Shown piece after piece: positions 10,122-19,971 of a stretch of DNA of 64,000 nucleotides (positions are counted from its first letter, which is position 1; the number at the start of each line of letters is the position of its first letter). The notes under the pieces were generated by a model. The model ran no database searches. It was not told the DNA's origin and saw only the letters and a list, made by a program, of their open reading frames with translations. This DNA is from Candidatus Omnitrophota bacterium (lineage in GTDB: Bacteria; Omnitrophota; Gorgyraeia; Zapsychrales; Zapsychraceae). The position numbers were made by a program, and so were the translations under genes. Location: assembly GCA_029261065.1 (NCBI GenBank), contig JAJDCB010000024.1, positions 12,129 through 76,128 of the forward strand, given 5' to 3'.

Positions 10122-12058
10122 AGAGCACCTCGATTCTCAATGGTATTGAGCATCTTCTGGATGTCATGCAATTTTTGTTGTTGTCCTTGCATAAATTCTT
10201 GCTGTTTGTCTAACTCGTGTTTTTGATGTTGCATGACCTTTGTTAACAGAGCAACAATATCCATGGCACTTAAACCTTTATGATCTTTTTGAGAGAGTAA
10301 GTCGGGTACATCTTCAGCAATAAACCCTGCCCTCTTGTTGTTATCCTTTGTTTTATAATTAAAGGTGACAGGGGCAAGGTGTTTAAAGGCGGTTAGGGCC
10401 TCTGTCAGATCAAGGTCCTCAATATTTGTCTTAGATTCGCGGCTAGAAACGTCTTTCCACTCTCCTGCACTTGTGACATGTGCGCCGCCAGCAAATGAGA
10501 GCGGGTGGTTATTAGGTCTTTGTCCAATAGCAACGGATTCAAAAGTTAGAGTTGGGTCAAAGCTTATTATGGTATTAGTCATATCATCTGGATTTAACTC
10601 ATTACCAGGATCTAGATTTTTATATGCTATAGAGAACAAATTATTTTGGTACGGCGGCGTGAAGGATAAAGTGGTATCATACCAATAATTCATACTCCAG
10701 TGTTGACTCCAGTCGTTTACATCTTTTCCGGAGGAAAGGAAGATATGGTTTGTCCAGGACGTAGAGCGGTGACTGATCATGTGTAAAGCTACGTTGTCAT
10801 TGTTTTCAATTAATATGCCATCGTGGATTGTTAAGTCACTTCTTCGGGGACTCCTGCCTACATCCAATTTTTTCCTTGGAAGGTTATGGTTCCGATTATT
10901 CGTTAATCCATCTGCGGTCAAACGCATCAAAATATTAGAGGGTGAATGGTCCTTAAGACGAAATGTCAGGTCATCCTCATTTGCCCCAGTAATTAAAAAA
11001 GCGTCATCGCCACTACTTCCAAATAGGTTTATTGTAAAACTTCTATCTATTAATTTCAATGAAGCTAATCCCCCAACGCTGAGTTGAGATCTAAAGATTC
11101 CGTTTCCTAATAGCGTCTGGCCATTTTCATTTATTGTGAGGCGTTCAGCCAGTGGTCCACCGGCATCTCCCCCATAAATAGAAAATCCATGCGGGATTGG
11201 ACTTGAATCTCCATAAGCCCGAAGTTCCCAGTGCGCGAAATTGCTGTCTGACAATTCCATGAGAGTCACAGCTGTTGTTTCATCGTTTCCACTAACCGTT
11301 AATTCGTCTGTAAGAGACCCCAAATAAGGCCCAAATCCAGCCTCACCATTAGGTTGTATCTTAAAACGGATATTACTATCATCATAAGCTGGGACAGCTG
11401 GATTTGAAAGAGCGCTGTAACCAATATAAAAATCTCCTCCACTCGCGGTGGGTAAGCGACCTGTTTCCCATCTGTTAGTATAATCACCTGTTATGGGTGC
11501 TACTTCGGAAAATTTTATGGCTGAGTGTGTTCCGCTTGAACTAGACATGATATTAAAACCGACGTCTTCATTAATAACTGTTGCTTCTCCGGTAAGAAAA
11601 TCAAATCCTCCAATGAGGCCGCTTGTCCAATCGACATTAACGTTTCCATGAATTTGAAGTTTTGTGTTTGGTGTTATTGTTCCTATGCCAATATTAAGGT
11701 TGGGTACTGGGTTTGAAAGAAAATCTGAAGGAAACACAATAGGGTCTCCTGCGCCGTCATCCGTTTGCGTCCACACCCCGGGAATTAGAGACCACGTTCC
11801 AGCAATACAATATTGGATCAGATCTGAATCATCGACAGAAAAATCTCCTGTAGCGCAGGATGGCGGGCTTCCTCCCCAGTAATTTGGGTTGAGTTTTAGT
11901 TGGTCATAGGCGCCAATAGGAGCAGGTAGATATGTTGTGAGAGTCACGGTCTCAGCCCACAGCTGTCCTCCACCCATTCCAAAAATAATTAAGATGGGCA
12001 AAAATAGATGTTTTATTCGCTTTAAGTTATCGCCAAAGGCGATTTTTTTGTTGTACAT
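10118..12058 (-). CDS. Secreted tail-fibre-domain protein paralog 2 (same architecture as paralog 1)
   Basis: 646 aa. Signal peptide. Conserved N-domain (YLPAPIGAYDQLKLNP ... C.TG ... YC ... W..IPGVWTQ). Repeat LNIGIGTITPNTKLQIHG. C-terminus SSRESKTNIEDL...RAGFIAEDVPDLL...IVALLTKVMQ plus coiled coil. ATGA overlap with paralog 1. Confidence 0.75.
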   Translation of the reverse strand: MYNKKIAFGDNLKRIKHLFLPILIIFGMGGGQLWAETVTLTTYLPAPIGAYDQLKLNPNYWGGSPPSCATGDFSVDDSDLIQYCIAGTWSLIPGVWTQTDDGAGDPIVFPSDFLSNPVPNLNIGIGTITPNTKLQIHGNVNVDWTSGLIGGFDFLTGEATVINEDVGFNIMSSSSGTHSAIKFSEVAPITGDYTNRWETGRLPTASGGDFYIGYSALSNPAVPAYDDSNIRFKIQPNGEAGFGPYLGSLTDELTVSGNDETTAVTLMELSDSNFAHWELRAYGDSSPIPHGFSIYGGDAGGPLAERLTINENGQTLLGNGIFRSQLSVGGLASLKLIDRSFTINLFGSSGDDAFLITGANEDDLTFRLKDHSPSNILMRLTADGLTNNRNHNLPRKKLDVGRSPRRSDLTIHDGILIENNDNVALHMISHRSTSWTNHIFLSSGKDVNDWSQHWSMNYWYDTTLSFTPPYQNNLFSIAYKNLDPGNELNPDDMTNTIISFDPTLTFESVAIGQRPNNHPLSFAGGAHVTSAGEWKDVSSRESKTNIEDLDLTEALTAFKHLAPVTFNYKTKDNNKRAGFIAEDVPDLLSQKDHKGLSAMDIVALLTKVMQHQKHELDKQQEFMQGQQQKLHDIQKMLNTIENRGAL

Positions 12059-12061
12059 GGG

Positions 12062-14017
12062 CTATAACCCTTCATTCCATTTTTTTAGATCATTTAAGAG
12101 TCTATCGATATCTTCTGCTTGTTTTTCAAGCGCATTATTTTGTTGTCCTATTGTATGTTCGTGTTGCTGCATGACCTTGGTTAAGACGGCTGTGATGTCC
12201 ATCGGCGTTAATGTTTTTCGGTCTTCGGAGGCTACCAATTCAGGGACATCTTCAGCAATAAAACCAATTCGAGGATCATCGGGATCCACCTTGTAATAAA
12301 ATTGGACTGGTTCAATGTCTTTAATAACCGCGAACGCTTCTTGTTCTGATAAAGGATAAATATTATTTTTGGATTCACGAGAAGAGACATTTACAAATGT
12401 TGTTCCGGTACAATGGGCTCCTGGCAAAGCTGGATTGCTTGGATTTTTTAACTCTAGAAGGTGTGCTGGGTTTCTCCTACCAATACCGACATTACCGTTT
12501 GCTTGGAGGACTAGATATTCGGGATCTGCTGTCGTAACATCAAAAGCGCCATTTGCTCTTTTATAGTGAATAGCAAAATCATGATTTCGGTCTGGACCAA
12601 AATGACTGATAATCCAATGTTTACTGTCCTGAGCGGGTGAATTAGGGGTTGAGGAAAGGACGATATGAGACATTGTCGTATCGGCATTCTCTCCAATAAT
12701 TTGTAACATCGAATCATGCGATTGAAAAATAAAGCCGTCAGCATTAGAATAATTGACATCTGTATGCAGGCCAAACTCTGTCTGGATGTGAAGATATGTT
12801 TCTGGGACTTGCAATCCCATACCAATATTCCCATCATCTCTTAAAATAAATGCCGGGGGCCAGGAAAAACTGAAATGACTAATTGGGGCTTCTTCGATCG
12901 CTAATAAACCATCTAGTTTACGGATGTTATAATCTTTGAATCCAGGGTCTTGATCGATAAAAGCAATGCCGACATCACCAAAAACTTCATTTTGGAGTAA
13001 TATGGACCCGTCTCCTCCTAATTCGAGTTGGCTTGAAGGGTTTTCCGTATTCAATCCAATTTTTCCATCAGGGAGAATAGTCATGCGCGTTTTACACGTC
13101 GCACCTGCATCCAAACATGTTCCATCAGGTGACTCTCCACCGTAAATATGAAACTTATTATCATCTTGAGACTGGAATTCAAAAACCGTTTTTCCATCGG
13201 CTGTTGTTTCTTCTTCTAGCCTTATGGCGACTGATGTGTCATCACTTTGAATATGGAGTTCAGAAAGGGGTCTACTAGGATCTCCGGCATTTTGGTCAAA
13301 TGCGCCTAGGGCCGTTTTGCCATCAGGTTCTATCATAAGAATGCGATTCTTGATTTCCCAAAATTCAGAATTAACAGTATCTGAGTAAGCAATCGAAAAT
13401 GTTCCAAAATCACTGGTGGTTCCATTGCGATTGATTGACCAAGTATTTTGATATAGCCCAGAAATATCAGTAGTTTCTGTCAGAAGAATAGATGACGCTA
13501 GTCCGGGAGCATCTTCAGCCACCATAACAAGAGAGGCATTGGGTGCGGCAAGGACAAGTTGACCCCCAAAAGAATAGTTGACATTAGCTGTGGTGTCAAA
13601 GTTTAAGCCATCTACAAGGTGTAAAGAAACGGAATCATCCAGATCAGGCACGTTTTCGATATTGATGCCAACGTGGACGTCTGGAAAAAGAGCGGTATCT
13701 GAAAGAAAAATATCATCTCCATTTTGCGACCATACACTTGGAAAGTTACTCCACGTTTGTGAGAGGTCACAATATTGGGGAACGTTTAAGGCATTGACAT
13801 ACACTGTTCCTGTTTGACAAGGTACAGCCAAATCATTTTGAGGTAACAAATTGAACGTGTTGAAGGTGCCGTAAGGGGTGGGAAAATAGGAATTAAGTTT
13901 AAATTCCTCAGCAAAGGCCAAATGGGATAGATTACAAACAATGAGCAGCAGGCTCAAGCAGATAGGAGAACGCTTAAGTATCTTACCTAATAGCTTTGGT
14001 TTCATGGCTTTATGCAC
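12062..14017 (-). CDS. Secreted tail-fibre-domain protein paralog 3 (same architecture)
   Basis: 651 aa. Signal peptide. N-domain (YFPTPYGTFNTFNLLP ... PCQTG ... YC ... W..FPSVWSQ). Repeats GKIGLNTENPSSQLELGG, GNIGMGLQVPETYLHIQT and GNVGIGRRNPAHLLEL. C-terminus SSRESKNNIYPL...RIGFIAEDVPELVA...ITAVLTKVMQ plus coiled coil. Confidence 0.75.
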   Translation of the reverse strand: MHKAMKPKLLGKILKRSPICLSLLLIVCNLSHLAFAEEFKLNSYFPTPYGTFNTFNLLPQNDLAVPCQTGTVYVNALNVPQYCDLSQTWSNFPSVWSQNGDDIFLSDTALFPDVHVGINIENVPDLDDSVSLHLVDGLNFDTTANVNYSFGGQLVLAAPNASLVMVAEDAPGLASSILLTETTDISGLYQNTWSINRNGTTSDFGTFSIAYSDTVNSEFWEIKNRILMIEPDGKTALGAFDQNAGDPSRPLSELHIQSDDTSVAIRLEEETTADGKTVFEFQSQDDNKFHIYGGESPDGTCLDAGATCKTRMTILPDGKIGLNTENPSSQLELGGDGSILLQNEVFGDVGIAFIDQDPGFKDYNIRKLDGLLAIEEAPISHFSFSWPPAFILRDDGNIGMGLQVPETYLHIQTEFGLHTDVNYSNADGFIFQSHDSMLQIIGENADTTMSHIVLSSTPNSPAQDSKHWIISHFGPDRNHDFAIHYKRANGAFDVTTADPEYLVLQANGNVGIGRRNPAHLLELKNPSNPALPGAHCTGTTFVNVSSRESKNNIYPLSEQEAFAVIKDIEPVQFYYKVDPDDPRIGFIAEDVPELVASEDRKTLTPMDITAVLTKVMQQHEHTIGQQNNALEKQAEDIDRLLNDLKKWNEGL

Positions 14018-14141
14018 ACACCCTTTTTATGATTTGTGTAATAAATCCTCTTACTTCTCTAAAGTATAACATATTGAACCTGCTTTAACATAGAGAAACA
14101 AGATAAATTAAGTTGTAACAGATTACGGCACAGAGGGTTGA

Positions 14142-15800
14142 TTAGGGGGTTTTTATTTCAAATATCGTAGAGGTCTTTTTTTCAAAAGATTTTGGGTAGT
14201 TTTTAGTCAAGGCCTTAATATCTGTTATCAAAACGTGATCTAAATTAAAGAGATGGGCTGTTGAGTCAAATTGAAGATTATGAGGAGTTATAAAGTATTG
14301 CTCAAAAACGTCTTTATATTCTGATATGGGAAGATTGCGAAAAATGCCGCCGCCATTGTTGTTTACAACAATAATTGTCATCGGGTTTTTTAGGTCTTTA
14401 AGCATGGCTAATGAATTGAGATCATAGAGAAAAGCCAAATCACCAATAAGAAGTGTCACGCGTTTATTTAATCCTTGTGAAAATCCACAGGCACTTGCAA
14501 TCGTGCCATCTATTCCACTTGCCCCACGATTGGAACCGATCATGGTCTCTTCTCCCTTATGGTCTGCAAACATATCCATCTCGCGAATAGGCAAACTGCT
14601 TGAAAGAAAGAGGCCTGTGTCTTTGGGAATCAATTGGGAGATGAGCCTTGGGATTGAAGGTTTAAATGAGATGGATTGTGATAATTTCTGAAGGTTTGAC
14701 AGTAACGTTGGTTTCTTTTTCTTCTTTAATTTGGTACAAATGCTATCACAAAGTTTACCCACAGGCGCTTGAAGTCGCATGGTGACATTATGTAAGGGAT
14801 CATTTCGTAAAGGATGATTGAGGACCATAATGTATTGTTTTGGCGATTTCTGTTCAACAAATTGATACCAGCGTTTAGATGTGATGCGGCCTCCTAAATG
14901 AAGAACACCGTCACAGGTTATTTGTTTTTTGGCAGAAGTCGATAAAAGGATTTGATCAAAATAAGGAATGATGTTTTTATGATCAATACCCACCCTCAAT
15001 CCTGAAGTGATATCTGGAAAAATGGGCCAACCAAGTTTTTCTGATAGTTTAAGAACGCTTAAACGATCTTTTTTTGCAATTTTTCCAACAACGATGATTC
15101 CCCTTTTTATAGCATTAATTTGAGATGTTACATTTAAGAGATCATCATTTGATAGTGTAGGGTTAGCCGTCGTGTAGTGTGTGTAAACTTTTTTTGACTT
15201 TTGCCAAGTTTGTATATGTTTAAGATACCGTGTAAAGTTCTCTTTTGATGGCGACGGTTCTAGCGGTTCACGAAACATACAATTTAAATGCACAGGTCCC
15301 TTCAATTCTCCCATAGAACGATGAATGGCCTGATCAACAGTCGTTAATATAAATTCAGCTGGGATATCTTGCGTGGGTGTTGGCATGTCAAAGCTCCAAC
15401 GCACATAATCACCAAAGATTTTAACTTGATCGATGGTTTGGTTCGCGCCGGTAAATCGTAATTCTGGCGGACGATCAGCTGTCAAAATGATGAGCGGAAT
15501 TTTTTTCTTTGAGGCCTCAATGATGGCTGGAAATAAATTGCCTAAAGCGCTGCCTGAGGTTGTAATAACGATACTTGGTTTCCCAGTTGCTGAGCTATAT
15601 CCAAGAGCATGAAAGCCCTCTCCTCGTTCGTCAAAATGCACAAAGGTTTTCATCTTTGGATTAAGTGCCGCTGCCACCGTTAAAGGCGCGCTGCGGGAAC
15701 CAGGTGAGATACAACAGTAATCTAAGCCATTACGCACAAACTCCTCAATCAAAAGATTCGACCAGAGATAATTAATGTTGGGAGATTTTGATATAGACAT
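14142..15800 (-). CDS. menD: SEPHCHC synthase (2-succinyl-5-enolpyruvyl-6-hydroxy-3-cyclohexene-1-carboxylate synthase), ThDP-dependent
   Basis: 552 aa; N-terminus LWSNLLIEEFVRNGLDYCCISPGSRSAPLT is typical of MenD; ThDP-binding GDLAFLYDLN motif. Confidence 0.9.
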   Translation of the reverse strand: MSISKSPNINYLWSNLLIEEFVRNGLDYCCISPGSRSAPLTVAAALNPKMKTFVHFDERGEGFHALGYSSATGKPSIVITTSGSALGNLFPAIIEASKKKIPLIILTADRPPELRFTGANQTIDQVKIFGDYVRWSFDMPTPTQDIPAEFILTTVDQAIHRSMGELKGPVHLNCMFREPLEPSPSKENFTRYLKHIQTWQKSKKVYTHYTTANPTLSNDDLLNVTSQINAIKRGIIVVGKIAKKDRLSVLKLSEKLGWPIFPDITSGLRVGIDHKNIIPYFDQILLSTSAKKQITCDGVLHLGGRITSKRWYQFVEQKSPKQYIMVLNHPLRNDPLHNVTMRLQAPVGKLCDSICTKLKKKKKPTLLSNLQKLSQSISFKPSIPRLISQLIPKDTGLFLSSSLPIREMDMFADHKGEETMIGSNRGASGIDGTIASACGFSQGLNKRVTLLIGDLAFLYDLNSLAMLKDLKNPMTIIVVNNNGGGIFRNLPISEYKDVFEQYFITPHNLQFDSTAHLFNLDHVLITDIKALTKNYPKSFEKKTSTIFEIKTP

Positions 15801-15808
15801 AAATAGGA

Positions 15809-17194
15809 TTATTCAAATATTTTCATAAATCGACTAATTTTATTTTCAATTTCTTCCCACTCCTCTTCCAACTTTGATCCTTCCACAATGCCAGCTCCAG
15901 AATAAAGGGAAAGATGATTGTTTTGCACAAGGCCTGAGCGAATGGCTACAGCAAATTCGCTTGTGTTATATCCTACATAGCCCATGGGTGCTGCATACCA
16001 TCCGCGATCAAAGGGTTCTAATTTGTCAATGGTATCAATGGCCTCTTTAAGAGGTGTTCCGGCAACAGCGGGTGTGGGATGTAAATGTTTTAAGATTGCA
16101 TCATCATGTTTGTCAGTTAGGAGTTTTGCTTCAAAGCGTGTGATAAGATGTTGAGTGCCTTTAAGGGTTAGAACCTGACAGTCTGGATTGTCATTTAAAA
16201 TCTCAGCCAGTTTAGCAAGAGAATCTTTGATTGAGGAAACAACATACTGGTGTTCTAACATATTTTTGGATGATGTTAAAAGCTCTTGAGCAAAACGTGA
16301 ATCTTCTTCTTCATTGGCTCCCCTTCTAATCGTTCCTGCAATAGCCTCCGTCCACAGATGATTGTCATGACGTTTAAATAAGCGTTCGGGACTAGCACCA
16401 ATAAAAGCTAGATGTTCTTCTAATTGGAAACAAAAATGAAAACAGTTGGGGGTTTTTTCTTTGAGATGTTTTATCAGAGCGCTTGGACGGATATTGACAT
16501 CAAATTCGAAATTGCTTTCGCGGGCTAAAACAATTTTTTCGATATTTGAAGGTTTGTCCATAAAAGTATTAAAGATTTGGCTCCACTGCTCTTTATTCGG
16601 TTTATCTTCTCGGCTTACGATTGTCGGTGTTTTTCGAAAAGTCGTTTGATTAGAAAAGTCAATCGCATCACATTTTTTTAGCAATGAGGCTATGTTCTCA
16701 TCCGTAATATCTTTGAGGGCAATATTAAAGGCAAAAACAGTTTCCTTTTCATTTTTATAGTGACACACCTCAAATTGTGGAATGATAAAATGATACTTGC
16801 CAAACTTATACCATTGATCAGACTTTGCATCAGGATTAAAACGAAATCCTCCAAAGTATTTTACATGAGGATTATTCACAGACAGTTGATTGTTCATGTC
16901 TTTTAGAATGTCTTCTAATGACTTATTTTGATCATCGGTAATCTCATCAGCAATATGAATACCTGCGGTTTCAAAATCTCCACGACGATCAGACCAATAA
17001 ATTTTATTCGGGATATGTTGATTGTGCAGCCAGGTTAAACAGTTAATATCTTGGCATACAAATTCATAACGTAGAATTTCTTGAGGTGTTCCTATAAAAC
17101 TGACGGCTTGAGGTAAATTTTTTATGTGAGCGTAAAGTTTTTGTTGGAGTTCTGAAAGGGACAGTAAGGTGTTTGAGCGGAAAAGAGTAATCAT
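15809..17194 (-). CDS. menF: Isochorismate synthase (chorismate-binding enzyme)
   Basis: 461 aa; C-terminal chorismate-binding core (AGTIRRG..., PTPAVAGTP, FDRGWYAAPMGY, SGAGIVEGS). Immediately upstream of menD. Confidence 0.85.
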   Translation of the reverse strand: MITLFRSNTLLSLSELQQKLYAHIKNLPQAVSFIGTPQEILRYEFVCQDINCLTWLHNQHIPNKIYWSDRRGDFETAGIHIADEITDDQNKSLEDILKDMNNQLSVNNPHVKYFGGFRFNPDAKSDQWYKFGKYHFIIPQFEVCHYKNEKETVFAFNIALKDITDENIASLLKKCDAIDFSNQTTFRKTPTIVSREDKPNKEQWSQIFNTFMDKPSNIEKIVLARESNFEFDVNIRPSALIKHLKEKTPNCFHFCFQLEEHLAFIGASPERLFKRHDNHLWTEAIAGTIRRGANEEEDSRFAQELLTSSKNMLEHQYVVSSIKDSLAKLAEILNDNPDCQVLTLKGTQHLITRFEAKLLTDKHDDAILKHLHPTPAVAGTPLKEAIDTIDKLEPFDRGWYAAPMGYVGYNTSEFAVAIRSGLVQNNHLSLYSGAGIVEGSKLEEEWEEIENKISRFMKIFE

Positions 17195-17206
17195 AACAGA
17201 GAGCCG

Positions 17207-17932
17207 TTATTTATCCCCTTGATAAATCGTTGCCACACCAAAGAGCAGTTCATTGGCTTTGACATTTTTAAAGCCTTTATCTCTCATGAGCTGACAAAAT
17301 TGATCACCAAAAGGAAAAGATTCAATGGTTTGATTCAGGTATTTGTAGGCCTTGTAATGCCGGGAGATGATCCACCCAACAATTGGAACAATCGTGCGTA
17401 GGTAAAAGATGTGAAGAATGCGCATAATGATATTTTTAGGTAATGAAAATTCTAAGATGAGCGCTCGGCCCCCTTTATTGAGTACCCGATACATCTCTGC
17501 CATCACCTGAGTTGGGTCCTCAACATTGCGGATACCGAAAGAAATCGTCACGTTATGAAAGGTATTTTCATCAAAAGGAATGTTGTTGGCATCACCGTGT
17601 TGAAGGGTGATTTTGTTATCCAGATTTTTGGTCTTGATTTTTTCTCGACCAATTTCCAGCATTTTCTCAGCCATATCAATACCAATAGCTGATTCGATAT
17701 AAGGATGTTGCTCAAATAAACTTAATAAAACATCTCCCGTACCTGTCGCCAAATCAAGTAATTTTGGATTCTCGCCTAAAACCAAAAAACGACCTAATTT
17801 TTTGCGCCACACAATGTCCAATCCAAAGGACAATAAATGGTTTAAAAGGTCGTATTTCGGCGAGATGGCATTAAACATCTGCCAAGATTCAGATTTTTCC
17901 AGCGCTAATTTTTGATTTGGAGATTTTGTCAT
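17207..17932 (-). CDS. ubiE: Demethylmenaquinone/ubiquinone C-methyltransferase
   Basis: 241 aa; class I SAM-MTase motif LDLATGTGD with the UbiE/MenG-type N- and C-terminal regions. Confidence 0.85.
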   Translation of the reverse strand: MTKSPNQKLALEKSESWQMFNAISPKYDLLNHLLSFGLDIVWRKKLGRFLVLGENPKLLDLATGTGDVLLSLFEQHPYIESAIGIDMAEKMLEIGREKIKTKNLDNKITLQHGDANNIPFDENTFHNVTISFGIRNVEDPTQVMAEMYRVLNKGGRALILEFSLPKNIIMRILHIFYLRTIVPIVGWIISRHYKAYKYLNQTIESFPFGDQFCQLMRDKGFKNVKANELLFGVATIYQGDK

Positions 17933-18059
17933 AATTTGATGAGTTGTATTTTAAGAAATTAAGAGTCATCGTAACATAATTATTTCACAAATTCAAACGA
18001 TACTCGTCTGTTTCTAAACAGCAGAATTTAGGGGAGTTATGGCGTATTGGGTGGGAGAA

Positions 18060-18989
18060 TTAAGATAAAAACTGTTCGGCTTCAAGGGCGGCCATGCAGC
18101 CTGTTCCAGCGGCTGTAATTGCCTGGCGATAAACTTTATCTTGAACATCACCACAAGCAAAAACACCTGGGATATTTGTTTTTGTTGTTCCATTTTGAGT
18201 GATGACGTAACCGGTATCATCGCATTCAATTTGATTCTCTAGAAAAGAGGTATTGGGGATGTGACCAATGGCATAAAACAAGCCATTAGCATCAACGATG
18301 GATTCTTCTTGCGTTTTATTATTGATGAGGCGCACCTGCGCTAAAGCCTTGTCTCCAATAGCCTCAAGTATTTCTGTATTCCATTTGACTTCTATTTTTT
18401 CATTAGAAAGCAATCGATCTTGCATGACCTTTGATGCGCGTAGAGCATCGCGTCTAACGCAGACAATAACTTTGGATGCGTATTTCGTTAAATAGCCCCC
18501 CTCTTCAACAGCAGAATCCCCGCCTCCAATAACGACAAGAACTTTATCGCGAAATATCGGTAGCGCCCCATCACAGACGGCACAGGCAGAAATTCCTCTT
18601 TGCCATAACGTATCCTCACCTTTAATGTGAAGACGTTTAGCTGTTGCTCCTGTCGCTAAAATGATAGATTTGGACTCAATTGTTTCTGATCCAACAAAGA
18701 CTTTAAATGGGGATGAGCTTAGATCTACTTTATCGACAGTGGCGGTTTTGATGCGAGATCCACAGTTTAGGGATTGTTGGCGCATGTTATCCATAAGTTC
18801 CGGACCTGAGACACCATTAGGAAATCCTGGATAATTTTCGACTTCAGTCGTCGTCGTTAATTGTCCACCTGCAGCAACCCCTGCGGCCATCATCCCTTCA
18901 TACATCAAAGGTTCTAATTTGGCGCGTGCGGTGTAAATAGCAGCGGTATGAGCAGCTGGACCTGATCCAATAATTATGACGTTTTCCAT
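18060..18989 (-). CDS. trxB: Thioredoxin reductase (NADPH)
   Basis: 309 aa; FAD motif IIGSGPAA, redox-active CAVCDG and an NAD(P) binding motif. Confidence 0.9.
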   Translation of the reverse strand: MENVIIIGSGPAAHTAAIYTARAKLEPLMYEGMMAAGVAAGGQLTTTTEVENYPGFPNGVSGPELMDNMRQQSLNCGSRIKTATVDKVDLSSSPFKVFVGSETIESKSIILATGATAKRLHIKGEDTLWQRGISACAVCDGALPIFRDKVLVVIGGGDSAVEEGGYLTKYASKVIVCVRRDALRASKVMQDRLLSNEKIEVKWNTEILEAIGDKALAQVRLINNKTQEESIVDANGLFYAIGHIPNTSFLENQIECDDTGYVITQNGTTKTNIPGVFACGDVQDKVYRQAITAAGTGCMAALEAEQFLS

Positions 18990-19068
18990 AAGCGAAGATT
19001 ATAGCAGTTAAATTTATAGGGTCAATTTAAAAATGCTACAGACTTTAAGCAGATTTAAGGAAGGATTG

Positions 19069-19971
19069 TTAAATTTTAAAGGTTTTAAACAAATCAGCTA
19101 TAGGTTGACTAGGAGTCTCTTTGGTTTGGTTGATTAAAATCTGATCGTAGCGTGGTTTATTGGGATCTACATAAAATAGGCCGAAATAAGGACGCTCGCT
19201 GCTTGCAAATTTAAAGGCCTCTTCTTTGTTCGTTGGATCATGCTTAACAACTTCCGTTTTGCCAACCAATCTTTTATCAGGAGCAATGCCTTTGTCATCT
19301 TCAAGAAAAGAAAACCAGCTTGATGTTTTATGATCGAAATTGTTTGGATCAAAATGAGGACAGCGCTGTGAGACGTGGACGAAAGAAAATCCTTTATGCG
19401 CGAAGGCTGCTTTTAACGTATTTGTTAAATGATCTGGCATCCAATCCGCTGTACTTGCGACAAAAGATCCGCCAATCCCTAAAACTAAACTAACAGCATG
19501 AATCGGATCTAAATAAGAACCGGCTGGTTGTGTATTTGTTTTGTGACCTTTTCGAGTTGTCGGAGATGTTTGACTTTTGGTTAAGGCATAAAGTTCGTTG
19601 TCATACATAATAAATACACAATTGAAATTTTTGTTAACGCCATGAATAAGATGACATCCCCCAATACTCATCGCATCGCCATCACCGGAGTGAATAAAAA
19701 GATTAAGTTCTGGGCGTGCTAAGGCTAATCCCATAGCAACGGGAATCGCTCGTCCATGAATAGAATGAACCCCGTAAGTATCAATGTAAAAAGAAGCACG
19801 TCCTGAACAACCTATGCCTGAGACATTCACCGTTTCATGCGCTGTTAATTGAGCATCAACCATAAAACGTTTAACAGCCATAATAATACTAAAGTCACCG
19901 CAACCCGCACACCATCTTGGGCTTTCTGTGTTGAGATCTTTTACTGTCAAAGGTTCTGTTTGAGCGGACAT
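19069..19971 (-). CDS. korB: 2-oxoglutarate/2-oxoacid:ferredoxin oxidoreductase beta subunit (ThDP-binding)
   Basis: 300 aa; CxGCGD motif near the N-terminus and GDGD ThDP motif. Start overlaps the korA stop (19971). Confidence 0.8.
   Translation of the reverse strand: MSAQTEPLTVKDLNTESPRWCAGCGDFSIIMAVKRFMVDAQLTAHETVNVSGIGCSGRASFYIDTYGVHSIHGRAIPVAMGLALARPELNLFIHSGDGDAMSIGGCHLIHGVNKNFNCVFIMYDNELYALTKSQTSPTTRKGHKTNTQPAGSYLDPIHAVSLVLGIGGSFVASTADWMPDHLTNTLKAAFAHKGFSFVHVSQRCPHFDPNNFDHKTSSWFSFLEDDKGIAPDKRLVGKTEVVKHDPTNKEEAFKFASSERPYFGLFYVDPNKPRYDQILINQTKETPSQPIADLFKTFKI

Noticed and set aside
8929-13817. Short ORFs on both strands inside the three tail-fibre-like genes (e.g. 8929..9129, 10365..10688, 10779..11087, 11664..11882, 11937..12296, 12369..12566, 13578..13817)
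   Set aside because: Nested in or antisense to long ORFs whose products show conserved paralogous structure across all three copies. The short ORFs are not conserved between paralogs.
8196-14017. Possibility that the three large secreted paralogs are chlamydial polymorphic membrane proteins (Pmp autotransporters)
   Set aside because: No GGA[ILV] or FxxN repeat motifs and no C-terminal autotransporter beta-barrel. Instead they end in an S74-type chaperone domain and a coiled coil.
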